Source of the DNA: Eledone cirrhosa
Taxonomy: Eukaryota
Length of the DNA stretch: 64,000 nucleotides
Assembly: GCA_964016885.1 (NCBI GenBank)
Contig: OZ024741.1
Location: 123,938,001-124,002,000 of the forward strand
Reading direction: 5' to 3'
Position 1 is the stretch's first letter, and the number at the start of each line of letters is the position of its first letter. A program made the position numbers and the translations under genes. The notes beneath the pieces are model-generated. The model searched no databases. It had not been told where the DNA came from and was given only the letters and a program-made list of their open reading frames with translations. Below, in pieces: positions 1 through 14,733 of the stretch.

Positions 1-157
1 ACACACACATACACTAACATACAAAGAGACATATACACACACACACTTCTCCGTATAAGACAAGAGCTGAAAAATAACTTTCAACATGTTAAAATATCCC
101 CCACACACGTACAGACACATTCCTACTGCCCGATCCCTCTACCACGAATTACTCTGC

Positions 158-162
<5 letters not shown>

Positions 163-250
<88 letters not shown>

Positions 251-284
251 ACGCGCGCGCGCGCGCGCGCGCGCGCACACACAC
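163..284. repeat. (CA)n followed by (CG)n microsatellite
   Basis: About 40 CA units then about 12 CG units read directly; explains the HTHT/RARA ORFs. Confidence 0.95.
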
Positions 285-639
285 TTGTCTTAATAGGCAC
301 CTGAACTGTTGATCTGTCAACATGACTGCAATTCACACACACATGCCTACTGACCATTATCACAACAAAGAACCTCTTTACTACACACACACACACATAC
401 ATATTTGTCTTAAAAGACTTATTTTTCAGTGACTTCTCAATCAGGCAAAAAAAGAGACCGTTCGACAAACCTACATTTGGCGCAAAATCAATTTTTAACA
501 TTCACGTGACCTCTACCGACCAATCAAAATTGTTTTGACCACAAGAATTTTTGCAACACGAATTGGCACGAAACTTATTTTAATACCTCTGGAGCCACTT
601 TTTTTCACATAAAACAGGTAGAATTGCCAAAACTAATCA

Positions 640-991
640 GATTCGAGCAAACATCACGGACGCTCTGTCTCAAAATTATTTTCGAAAAGCATCAGAAATG
701 CGCAACCGGTAAGAACTTGAAACCAAAACTGAATACTAACCAATACTTATTACTAATTTTTACTAATTCCTAATTAAACTGTTTTTCACCGGGAACAATT
801 TGTCAGCATTTTCTTTTCCTTTTACCAAGCGGATGGGTGAGGCCTTTCGCCAACATTTTGCCCGGTTGCTCGGGGGAAGTGGCGTGTCAGAGATGGTTGC
901 GGACTTCAGTCCCTACCTCGATGGCTTGCTGCAACTCTCGACGGTTGACGCTGGGCGCTGTGTGGATGCTCGTGTGTTACACCTCTATTCT
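640..991 (+). mobile_element. PLE-type pLTR/tail fragment (family of 35188-35648), interrupted by a LINE fragment
   Basis: 640-828 aligns by eye to 35445-35643; 972-992 (gtgtgttacacctctattctt) matches the reverse complement of the tail at 35193-35213. Confidence 0.7.
829..968 (+). mobile_element. GC-rich L1/Tx1-like ORF2 fragment (EN-RT linker)
   Basis: RMGEAFRQHFARLLGG...DFSPYLDGLLQLS resembles the F..fy..Lf...FL..Lp.L region upstream of the L1/Tx1 RT; abrupt GC rise. Confidence 0.5.
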
Positions 992-1078
992 TGCAGCATG
1001 TATATATATATATATACATGCTGCAAGAGTCATGGTCGGAGATCGCTGAAATAATGTCAATCACTCTAGTTAATCTCG

Positions 1079-1111
<33 letters not shown>

Positions 1112-1228
1112 AATAATAATACATTTGGAGACTAAAATCCAAAGATGGCTCGATAAGGATAAATGTATATGAAATATATAAGAACCCTAGACCTAATATT
1201 TATTAAAATAACAGATTAAAGTTTAAGC

Positions 1229-1262
<34 letters not shown>

Positions 1263-1669
1263 TGATAAGAATTCATATATTATATACAGCTCTCTTTTTT
1301 TTTCTTTTGTAATGTCACCTGTTCTTTAAAAATATATTAAGGACAGTCACTGAAGCGTGTGTAAGTGCAATAAATCCGGCAACAACTTTATACGATCAGT
1401 GTTGAAGTTAAGTGAAGTACTTACTCATCCAAGCAACTAACTAGCTCATGAGAATATATCATGATCCTTAAAATTGACATAGAAATATATATAAGACATA
1501 CACGGTGCCGATAAATATCTTTCGTTTGATGAAGCGTTAGATACTTAACAGCAATACTTAAGGCGGGCCGCTACAAAAGATGCGAATTTTGCTCGCAAAA
1601 TTTATTATCAAAATATGTTTCCTTCTTTGCATCGAAAGTATTAATACTTTTTTTCTAATATTATCACAA

Positions 1670-1852
1670 GGTGGATTGGCAGAATCGGTAGAGAGTCGGA
1701 CACCATGCTTTGAAGCATAGAGTTACGTCCCTTTATGATCTAAGTTCAAATCCCGCCGAGGTTAACTTTACCTTTCATCCTTACGGGGTCGATAAAATAA
1801 AGTACCAGTGATGTACTGGGTATTTGCTGGCCTTGTGCCTAAAGTAGAAACA
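1670..1852 (+). mobile_element. tRNA-derived Meta-domain SINE, full length
   Basis: A-box-like TGGCAGAATCGG, B-box GTTCAAATCC, core CCTTTCATCCTTACGGGGTCGATAAAATAAAGTACCAG; TSD attatcacaagg at 1660 and 1853; inserted into an older minus-strand copy running to about 2050. Confidence 0.9.
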
Positions 1853-2139
1853 ATTATCACAAGGTCATCAATTTAGGGGAGGAGAAATCTACATTGACCC
1901 AGTATTTAACTGGTACGTTATTGATGCCGGAAGGATGAATGGTAAACTTGCCTTCAATTTGCTTTGAACTCAGGGCGTAAAATGCTGTACCTATATGGCG
2001 CAAACCCTTTTATCTGACGCTCTACCGAAACTGCAAATCCATTGCCCTAGGAATTGGTTTTGTATTAGACACAAAACCAATACATTGAAGGGGTGGGCGT
2101 AGTCGAATAAATTGAACCAGAGTGTTACTGTTACTTTAT

Positions 2140-2352
2140 TTTCTCTCGGAAGAAGGAAAGGCAAAGTTAACCTCGGCGGGATTTGAACATAGAACGTTAA
2201 AGACCATAACACTATGTCGTCCACATTCCTTTCACCCAAACCAGATCATTATATTGTTGACTTTGCCTTTCATCCTTACGGGGTCGATAAAATAAAGTAC
2301 CAGTAATGCACTGGGTAATTGCTGGCCTTGTGCCTAAAGTAGAAACAATTAT
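2140..2352. mobile_element. Two partial SINE copies in opposite orientation
   Basis: Minus fragment 2140-2220 and plus 3' fragment 2258-2350 with the same core. Confidence 0.75.
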
Positions 2353-3479
2353 ATTAACACATTGAAGTGTATTTAATCGACTTACACCACATACTATCAA
2401 TATCATAATTTCTGCTTACAGCAGTGAAATATTTATACACGCTAATATATGTTTGGGATGATGCAGTAGGCTGTTGCACGGGACATGATATCGAAGCTCC
2501 AGTCTGACTGATAGAGCCAGATCTGATAGAACAAATCTATTCCACATATGACCATCGCAACATTTTATATACCATCGATTGCATTGTCCAGAGAATAAAT
2601 TGCGTGCGTTCGTACATGTGATTAAGTAAAATAGTTTCCCAGGTTGTATTTCCGAAGCAAGAGAATTACAAATATTACGTCAAGCAGGATGTTTTTACCC
2701 AGCATAAATATTGGTTGACCTATATACATATATACATTATATTTTATGTGAAACATAATGTCTATCATAGGTAGTATATTTTCAACTGCACTATGATCAT
2801 TTTGGCTAAAAATTTAACTAGAATTTTGTATATTCATCCAATTTATATACACACGCATACTACACTCACACACTATATATGTATGCGTTTGTATACATAC
2901 ATAAATACGTACACAATGAAGGTACGTGGCTTAGTGGTTACGGAGTTTGACTCAGGATCATGAGCTCGTTTCCCGGTGGCGCATTTTGTCCTTGAACGAA
3001 ATATTTTATTTTGCGTTAAAGAAAATTGTGCATATAATTGAAAGGACCCGTATCCTTTATACAACTGAGAAGTACTAAACATCTATCATGTCACCGAAAA
3101 CGTTTTTTTATTTTATTTGCATCATAATGTAGTTAGTTAATTCCTTTTTACAATCTTTTTACAATCTGGTAGATCATTTATTCTTAATTACGAGGTAATT
3201 AGAAATTATTCAAATATTTTAGACAGATGTCTGCCATTGGGTAAATCACCAATGATTCACTGATATTTAAAAAGAAAAAAAACGGGACCCACATTACATG
3301 GGATTTATGTGTTGGAAACTCATTTTTCTAGTCCAGTATAGTTTACTGGAGTAACGAGAAATAAAGAATCTTACTCAAGGTCACAGTACACCAGCCAGTC
3401 TGAGATTAGAACTCAAGAATACCATATTAACAACTAAGCCACGCGACTTCCCTACATATATAAATAAAATTAAGATGTG

Positions 3480-4140
3480 TTGACCGAAAAACTGATATAT
3501 TTTATTTTTCTAAATTCATAACACTAGTCTATTCATTCATTTACGTTTCAATAGGTTTTTGGCTGTTCAAAATAAAGTGAACCAAAAATATTAAAGTAAT
3601 CTGAATATGTAGAATATACTAGTAGCTGAATATTAGAAGTACCAAATATCTCATCTTTCAAGTCGCTGAAGACCATGGTTTTTGATTTATTATTTCCTTT
3701 GGTAGAAGTTTTTATTATAGTTTAATGCAAAAGGAACGAAGAATGTAAAGAATACACCAGAAGAATACATGGAGAACCCGAAGAAATATCGACAGAATTT
3801 TTTATTTATTTTATTTATTCATGACATCCATCAGTTACTGCGTTTATGTTCCAGTAGGTCTTTTGTAGTTTAAAACAAGGTGAACCAAAAATATTCATAA
3901 TTTTTTTAATAGAAAAGAATCATCAGTTACTGAAGATTTGTTAAGAAACCAGAGAATTGTGAAACATTTCATCTCTCTGATTGCACAAGACTGATATTTT
4001 TTCATCATAACTTAATTTCTTTTTATATCCCGGTGGGTCATTTGTAGTTTAAAACAAGATGGAACCAAAAATATTCAAATATTATTAATATCAAGACGAT
4101 ACCACTAACTTTCAACACGCATTAAGAAAATCGAGAAGTC
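3480..4140. repeat. Old diverged tandem repeat, three copies
   Basis: Motif aaaacaaggtgaaccaaaaatatt recurs near 3570, 3872 and 4051 with similar flanks. Confidence 0.6.
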
Positions 4141-4542
4141 TCCACCATTTGAATAATGTCGATTAATCCAGTGTACTATATTCTAACACTATACAGAAAA
4201 TCTGCAATCTCTCTCAGTTTAATCTCAACAACAATTGCATCAACACCAGCAACGACAACAACGACATAAGCCATAACAGCGACAATAACATGAGGGATAT
4301 TTCCTGTATTCAGCAATAAAATATGCACGTTTACAGAAATAAAAAAAAATAGTGGAAACCATTGAACAATATATTCTTTCTTGCGTTTAATGATTTTCTA
4401 TAAATTTGTTCTCTTCGAGCACAGCAAGGCTTCCATTGCCGATAGTGGGTTGTGTTGTTATTGCTTTTCTTTTCAAGTCATTCAGATAAGCGAAAACAGT
4501 AATGCTTAAATAGAGATATATAGACAGAAGGGAGGAGAGAGG

Positions 4543-4577
<35 letters not shown>

Positions 4578-5394
4578 GGGGGAAAGACGTTCGTGTTCTT
4601 TAAAGTGCAATCTCTGTAATTTCTAATTACCTACAGCTTGAATTATTTATCTTCACCTAAAAGAAATAATAGGTTGACATTTTTGTTTGCAGTATTATAC
4701 GTGTTGAATTAGAAAGTCGGATAAAAAGATTTACTGTATCCGTTCCGACTCTTTGCGTTCTGATTTCTAATTCCACTGACATCAACCATACCATTCTTTG
4801 TTTCGTGGTCGATAAATAAAGTACCAATCCAGTATTGTGGTAAATTTGTCCTCTGTATTCCTTTCTCATTTCGTTTCTATCGCTCTCATTCTCTCCTTCT
4901 CGTGAAGAAATCGACTATGTTCAAACATTGAAAGGGTTAGCATCTGTCAGATTTAAAATGTCCAAGAAACGCCTAATGTAACTACGGCAGAGTTACGAGT
5001 TTTTACGATATATGAGGCAGTAATAAAAGCGACAAATTGTCAGAGTAATTAGAACGGCATTCGCTCCAAACTTTTGCTTTCTTAGTTCAAATCTCGCCGA
5101 AGTCAACTATGCACTTCATTCTTCCGAAATCCATAAATAGTTCACTATTAGTGTCGATATTTTTCTAAACATCTCCCATCCTAACTTTCTATAATGTATT
5201 TACTTCGAAGAAATTTGAGTTCCGACTCGGAGAGGGTTAAGCTTCGTTAGATTTAAATCCTTCAAATTAAATGACCGCGACACGCCATCTGTTAGTACGA
5301 CGCATATACAGCTCCAGGAGTTCAGGTAGAGTAGAATATACTGATTTTTTGTCTCGCTTTAATTTCTGAAAAAAGCAGTAAATATTGTAATAAT

Positions 5395-5778
5395 TGTTTC
5401 TACTTTTGGCACAAGGCCAGCAATTACCCAGTGTATTACTGGTACTTTATTTTATCGACCCCATAAGGATGAAAGGCAAAGTTAACCTCGGCGGGATTTG
5501 AAATCAGAATGACAAGGGCCGTAACTCTATGCGTCAAAGCATGGCGTCCGACCCTCTACTGATACTGCCAATCCACCGTTATGTAGTAAATATTGTAATA
5601 ATTGTTTCTACTTTAGGCACAAGGCCAGCAATTAACCAGTACATTACTGGTACTTTATTTTATCGGCCCCGTAAGGATGAAAGGCAAATTTAACCTCGGC
5701 GGGATTTGAACTCAGGCTGTAAAGGGACGTAACTATGCTAGAAAGCATGGCGTCCAACCCTCTACCGATACTGCCAAT
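5395..5778 (-). mobile_element. Two head-to-tail Meta-domain SINE copies
   Basis: Copies at 5395-5578 and 5603-5778; duplication agtaaatattgtaataat at 5377 and 5585. Confidence 0.9.
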
Positions 5779-5970
5779 GTAATCCAAAGATAAAAATAGG
5801 ATTTGTGAAACAGAAGTCGTTGTATATTCAATATGTCGATTGTCGGAAACGTTAGGGTATGAACGTACTTGTTCACGATACGACTATACAGAGATTGAGA
5901 GGAGCGACGGTAGACAGAGACAGGCACATGCAGACAGCAGCAGACAGAGCCAGAAAGTAAGAAGCATATA

Positions 5971-6028
<58 letters not shown>

Positions 6029-6029
6029 T

Positions 6030-6102
<73 letters not shown>

Positions 6103-6121
6103 TGTATATATATATATATAA

Positions 6122-6697
6122 TACAATATGTTGAAAAGGTAACACACCAGAGAGAGGTATATAGTGCGTTATCAATAATACAGGGAAAAAACCACCAGTG
6201 TATGGAATCTATAACCTATGAAAGGCAGACTATAGACACGATAATTAAAAATATAAATTAAAGCGTAAACTGCCCCTAAACACGCTGTGACTTTTCTCTC
6301 CCAGGTGTAGCTGGACAGTCAATTTTAAAATTATCTTAGTGTTATCTGAAATGTATGGCCTTACACACGCTGATGAACCGAGACTAGACCATTTCTTTCA
6401 ACAAATTTTTGGTGAAACATATCTTTGGATTTGTCCGTGTGTTATATAGTTATAGAGGTATTTATTTACGCTTTAATTTATATTTTAAATTATCGTGTCT
6501 ATAGTCTGCCTTTCATAGGTTATAGATTCCATACACTGGTGGTTTTTTCCCTGTATTATTGATAACGCACTATATCTCTCTCTCTGGTGTGTTACCTTCT
6601 CAACATATTGTATTTTAAAGAGCTCAGGTTCGGTTCTCCTTTGAGCACATTATTTACAGGGAATAGCGAGGGCCTAAGCCTACGTTAATTTATCGTG

Positions 6698-6698
<1 letters not shown>
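6122..6698 (+). mobile_element. TA-flanked fold-back PLE-type insert
   Basis: Near-perfect inverted arms of about 147 bp (6122-6269 and 6465-6613), HHR between them, unique tail 6614-6698, (TA)n on both sides. Confidence 0.85.
6363..6442 (+). ncRNA. Type I hammerhead ribozyme
   Basis: Stem I acacacg/cgtgtgt, CTGATGA, stem II accg..tggt, GAAA, stem III ca(t)atc/gat(t)tg, GUC triplet. Confidence 0.88.
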
Positions 6699-6728
<30 letters not shown>

Positions 6729-6729
6729 C

Positions 6730-6782
<53 letters not shown>

Positions 6783-6803
6783 CATATACATATTTATATA
6801 TAT

Positions 6804-7218
6804 AGAAGAAGTAAAAATGCCCAAGGGTACTAAGTACCCCTAGAAATATATAGTTTGTCTATGATTTAAAGTTGTTCTATGGTATTAATTTGACATACCA
6901 GAACTATAATATTAAGATAAGCAGAACAAACAAAATTCAACCAATTTTTTAAAATAAATTAAAAATATAATTTAAATATTTACCTATTCTTTTCTCCCTT
7001 ACCGATCGGTTTCGCTTTGTAAAACACCAGAAATCCAATGGATTTCTAATGGAAAATCAAAGTTCATCAGAGAAGCATTTTCCTTTCCTAGGGCTTAAGA
7101 CCCAGGAACGATAAAATATATTGTTATCCGCCAGCTAGAATAGGTAAATATTTAAATTATATTTTTAATTTATTTTAAAAAATTGGTTGAATTTTGCTTG
7201 TTCTGCTTATCTTAATAT
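6804..7218 (-). mobile_element. TA-flanked fold-back PLE-type insert
   Basis: Inverted arms 6909-6990 and 7137-7218, tail 6804-6908, HHR in the spacer. Confidence 0.82.
6996..7074 (-). ncRNA. Type I hammerhead ribozyme (slightly decayed)
   Basis: Minus strand: ttct CTGATGA actttg...caaagc GAAA ccgatcgg TA aggg; palindromic stem III; first stem II pair is an A-C mismatch. Confidence 0.75.
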
Positions 7219-7581
7219 ATATATATATATATAGAAAGATAAAGATAAAAAAGTACGAATGAAATAAAGAGAAACGGGGGGGGGGGGGGGCAGAAACAGA
7301 AAAACAGGGGAGGCTCTCTGCAGTCACTCGATTCGATTAAACAAAAAATACGATAATGCTTTATTTTAGGGCTTTCAGTCATTATAGTGCGGTGGAGCTG
7401 GGTTAAGACTTTGTTTTCTTCGTTAACAACGACCTCAGTATTTAATCGTTCAAGTTTATTAATTATTTTGTCGATTACGTTTTGTCGAACCGCAATGTTG
7501 ATGATGATAATGTTAGACACAGAAACACATATATTAAATAAATATATATAAATATCGATTGCAATATATACATATATTTAT

Positions 7582-8837
<1,256 letters not shown>

Positions 8838-9702
8838 AAAAAACCGGAAGAATAATAAACTCCAGAATGACATAAATACATTCCTAAAAAAGCTGCGAAT
8901 CACCATGTAGGATATAATAGTAGGATATCTAAAAATACGGACGAAACCATGGTAGAGATGTAATTACGGTATGTACAGGTTTCTTCAAAGTTTAAATTTA
9001 GACCTAATTGTGTATGGTTGACGGTATATTTAGTCAGTTTCTACATGCTGTTGAAATGTTGGGTAAATACTCTATTGGGGTCACCGCGAAGAGGCCGCTT
9101 TCGGTTATTTATCGAATATTTTTTCATAGGAGCCTTTATTCTTATAGCTTGGCCTAATTGATTTTTTATATGGTTAATTTTCCTAATTGGGAGAGGAAAT
9201 GGTATATATATTATCTAATAATTCTAAGGACATGATTTATGATATATGCTCTGATTATTTAATTTATTAATTCTTCATTGAGCCACAACGTGACCGGTTG
9301 CCACATATATATCTGTGACTTTATGTATATGTAAATCTTTATATTATATATATATATATATATGGCTGTGGATTATATTAAAAAATAAGGAGCGAAGATA
9401 ATGAGAACGAAGTGTCAATATAACATCATTATGTTTATTCACAAGTGACGTGCGTTTCACCATGAATCACCTTGTACGATCGGTAGAGTTGGCACCAGGG
9501 TTTATAGTGATACACCATTCCTGCTCTAAGTTTTGAATTTTACTGTTAGCACTCTGCTTCGTAAGGATACCACTTGCAATAAAGTACCAAACGTTGAATC
9601 CCACATCGCCAGCCGGACCCTTATTAGCATTGAGTGCTCAAACTGCTGAACCAACAGTAATTAAAGGTTACACACTAATATAATAGATACACACACACAC
9701 AT

Positions 9703-9733
<31 letters not shown>

Positions 9734-9742
9734 GAGAGAGAG

Positions 9743-9902
9743 AGAGAAAATTGAGGTTGGTAATGGCACATGGAATATATAAGAGACAGAATACTTTTTT
9801 GTGAAAAAACATATAAAATGATATCTTTTTTCACAAAAAAGTATTCTGTCTCTTATATATTCCATGTGCCATTACCAACCTCAATTTTCTCTATAACCTT
9901 CG

Positions 9903-9904
<2 letters not shown>
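9743..9904. repeat. 67-bp perfect fold-back hairpin between microsatellites
   Basis: Arms 9743-9809 and 9826-9892; partial copy at 10129-10200. Confidence 0.9.
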
Positions 9905-9958
<54 letters not shown>

Positions 9959-10277
9959 CGGTTATAATAATAATGCTACACTGATTTACAGGTTGATCTG
10001 TAGCTCGATACAGTAAGCATAGTATTAACCTCCGAAGAAACGAGGCAGAAACGGCTGTCAGTTTTAAAATGCTTCAAATCTTTGGTGTCTTTTAAATTGT
10101 AATATATATATATATATATATATACAGCGAAAATTGAGGTTGGTAATGGCACATGGAATATATAAGAGACAGAATACTTTTTTTGTCTATAACCTTCGTT
10201 TTGTGTAGAAAATTACACTTTTCATATATATATATATATATATTACAATTTAAATGATATATATATATATATGTATG

Positions 10278-10318
<41 letters not shown>

Positions 10319-13300
10319 CTGTATATATATATATTCCCGATTCTATAGTTAAAATCACTCGCACAATTGCTGTGCAGTAGGACAGAACCTAGAACCACAC
10401 AACCATGCTTATTATTTTTATGCAAGGCATCTTCAAGCAGAGTTCATACGACCTGGTGGCTCATAAAATTATACGATTCACATAATTTAATATGCAGACG
10501 TCTCGAAATTCACTAGATGTATGGGAGTGTTAATATTTCATATTTAAGTAGAACAGGATCAAACTGACCATTTCGGCATCATTACCAACGCTAATTAATG
10601 CCGAAACAATTAAAATTAATTGTAAAATATACTAGAACAAAGGTATTTCCCACATTAAATGCCCATTGCTAGATATCTTTGTAACAATCAGACGTACGTG
10701 AACTGCAAATAAAATATGTAAATATTTATGATTTTATTGAATAAATATTGTTATTTTTAGATTAATATATGAGATAAGGCATAAACGTGGTTTTAACTGT
10801 TCTTTTACTGTGGCCTATTCTTTATGGAGTAGACGGTGAATTGGCAGAGTCGTTACAACGTCGGATAGAATGCTTTGTGTTATTCGTTCTGGCTCACTGC
10901 TCTCTGAGTTCAAATCCCGCCTATGTCATCGTTGCCTTTCACATATTCTAGGTCGATAAAAAAATGATCGTTCTAGTACTGTAGTTGATTTTTCCTCTAT
11001 ATATCTTTCTCGTGTCCATTCTCTTACTCTCAATCTGCAGTATTCAGCAGATGTGTAGAAAGGAGATCGGTTCCACAGGTTTAAAATTGATTTGTATATT
11101 TAGTACGTCAATATGGTGCCCCTATGGCACCCTCAGGTGGTACGGGACAAAGCAAGCATTCATTATGGCATTTCATTCACCATCATAAGGCTGTAGTTTC
11201 GATTCTCAGCTGCATATTTTTCATTGAGCAAGATAGAATATCACGTTCTATCAGTCCACTTTGATTCGTTTCACACACTCTGTCACTTAGAATCTCCCTG
11301 AGAACTATGTTATGGGTGCACGCGTCTGTGGATAGCACAACGACAAGTACGTTAATTTCACTGAAGTTTCGCCGTTGAAACCGACGGAAAACTAACACGC
11401 ACACAAAGACACACACACATACACATACCCACACACGTGCGTACGTACGTATGTATATATGTATGTAACCCGTAACAATATGAACATTTCCTTTTATTTA
11501 CAAGTTGTAACATTAATAATTTATATATCCCCACTTCACTGTCATTCTATTTATTTAATTCCACTTCAAGTTGCTTCTTCAGTATGTCGATATATGTGTC
11601 TAGTCGATATCACAACTGAAACAATAGAGGACCTTGAAGACGAGGAGAAGAAAGAAAGAAAAGAAAAAAAGGAAGCGAAAACAAAAACAAAATGCTATTA
11701 TAGACAAATAAATAGCATTAATGTTTTCACAGTATTTCTATAATATATGCAATAAGAATGGAATAGCTTAGCTTACATAGCTGATCGACTGCTATTTGAG
11801 TGAAGTTGAGAGACAAGCTTGACATATTTCTATGCGATTGACTTGCAGAGACAAAACAATGCTTATTTAGGACACTTAAGCTGTAGCTAACTCTCTCTCC
11901 TGGCTTTCTATGACTTCTTTATTTATATTGCTATTATTGATGTTGTTGCTGTTTCTGTTGTTGGTGGTGTTAATTTTGCAGTTACTGTCGTTAATGTTGT
12001 TCTCATTGCAGATGTTGGCGTTCTTTTTACATATGCTGATGTTACTGTTGTTGATAATGGTTTCTGATTTAGGTACAAAGCCAACAATTTTTTGTGGAAG
12101 GGGAAAGTCGATTAAATCGAACCAAGTGCATTACTGGTGCTTTATTTATTGACTCGGTGGAATTTTAACTCTGAACGTAAAGGTACATAATTCTATGATG
12201 CAAAGCACTCTACCGATACTGCTAATCCACCACCGTTAATAGTATCATTGGTATTGTTGTTGCTGCCGCTACTGTTGCTTTTATTCTTATTGTTGTGGTT
12301 GATTTTTATAATGGTGAGGTGCCTTTGATACTGTTTAAGATGGCGTTGGCGTTGTCGTTGATGCTGTAGATAGTGCTACTGTTTAACTTCAGATATAATC
12401 TCATCAAACAGGCGTATGATCGAACGCATTTCAGCTTTGATCTTCCAGTTGTGGGTAAAAGGTAAAATTGGATAGACAGACACTGTGAAAGCCCACCAGA
12501 TTGATTTAACACGTAATTCAAAGAGCCAACTATGTTGCATGTTGTCTCCCTTTGATTTGACATAAATATTGAATCGCAATCATAAGGTACCGCTATCGTT
12601 CCCACAGAATCGTATCTCGGGCGTCATGTACCATTGCCTCGAGTCAAACAACCCTTGAGATTACAAATTAAGTAGACATAAACTATGTGGAAGATTTCTA
12701 GGTGGACTGTATTTGTTATTATAATGTGAAGACTTGCCATGTACCATTACATTAATGGTACACGCTGATTTAATGACTAAGTAGTTCAGTTGGACGAGGG
12801 ATTTAATATTCAATGACGAAGATCCTTTAATTGTACCTGTCTGTGCAATACTCAGCCACATAAACATTAATTTAATGAACAACTGAATGCACATCGTCGA
12901 ATCCGATGAAGAATCCATCATATGTGATTATAGTATCTAATGCACCGATGTGGTATTCGTGTTATTGTATTTTCAAACCACGGAGTGTGATTTGATGGAG
13001 ATCTGGCTGCTAATTCTAGCAATTTGAATGATAATATAGAGAATCCCTCATTGTCACGTGCTGCACCATAATTAACGATGGTCGGCTCTCGCAACTATGT
13101 AAGGCTTAATTGGTTTGTTATGCTTTCATTAAGGTACTCGTATAATCGCTAAAACTCAGACATACTTTTGCCGCTTCAATATTGTTGTAGAGGAACACCT
13201 AAGATGAAGTGGGAGGTTAGAGAGAGGGCTGCATGAGCACTGGGCTGGTAATTTATAGACCTCCAGAAGGAAGAAAGCCAAAGTATATCTCGATAACATT

Positions 13301-14733
13301 TGAATTCAGAACGTAAAAAGCCCAAAGAAATAACGCAATGTGTTCTATATGGCGCTCTAACGATTCAATCACTTTAAAAAAAGAATTTAGTCAATTCCAA
13401 GCCCAGAAGTACGCCATGCCAGAGATTATCTCGTTTTTTGTTTTTTTTTTGTTTTTTTGGCATTAAGCGATTGAAAGTGCAAAACATCACCGTAGATAAG
13501 AGGTCAGTCTTTAACAGTACTAAAACCTATTTCCTGGTGTTAATATTCATATTTTTTAATTGGGTTAACTGGAACAACGTGAAATAAAGTCTTTTGTTCA
13601 AGGATTCAACACCTCGCCCGTGTCGGAATTTGAACTCACGACCTTTTCATCGTGAAACCCCGTGAAACCAACACATTAACAATTAGGCCGTGCACCTTCA
13701 CCATCGACCGCATTGGCGTCCGCCATCCTCATCGTAACAATATCAATAATATGACAACACTCAATGTGAAATGAATAAATTCGTCTGTTTACTTATCAAA
13801 TCAGTTATTTCAGTAATATCACATTTAGCAGACGACCGCTATGTCGCCCGCTGATAAACTGACTTCGACAGATTATAATAAAGTTACTTGGCTGTCAGGT
13901 CTTTTTCAAAAATAAATCAATGCTCATAATAGACTACAATAATGATAAAAATCGCAGTCATTCTTAAAGGGATCTTTAATGTAAACAACTGCCATGGAAG
14001 TTTCTTTATCGGACTATTATTGTTTGTGTCTGAGCAAGTTTTCAAAATGGCTACCGATGCATTGTTTTGCCTGTTTCGTCTGTTTGCATAATTGTATTTA
14101 TTTTACGAAGTCTATTTGCTTATCTAGTGGCTGGCTATAAAGTATTCAAGTAACTTCAGCTTTCGTTAGTTTGTCTGCAAGGCACATATACAAAAGCATG
14201 TTGTATAATTAGTATGATTTGACACGATCAAAGCAGGTAAAGATAATGCGCTCGTGGAGTAGGGTCATATGATGTTATGCTGCTACAAGCGGTCGCTTGT
14301 TTATTGGTAGAAGATATTTACTATATTCATAGCCTACGGGTTGAAACTAAAATCAGGCTCATTGTTTGCATGATTCACAATGCTTTATATTTTGATTAGT
14401 TCAGCAATTAATTGAAATAAAAATGTGATGGATAAACCCTCCGTCGATTTCGTTGACGAGAATATAGTTCAATCAATTGTATGTCCAACTCCTCAATTAA
14501 GGTATACATGATCGAATATACCACAGACACGTGTACCCTCAATCTACAACGCGAATCAGCATGAGACAATATGCGACAAGACTAGAATAGGGAATTCAGA
14601 TTCAATTCAGCAGGTGTGAGTTTTAGGTTTTTTTCTTCAGAGACACAAAACGAACAAACAAAACATGATTTTATTGGGTGATTTTTACTGTTACCCTTAG
14701 TCACACAGTATAGCTCTTTCTTTATTTACCCTA

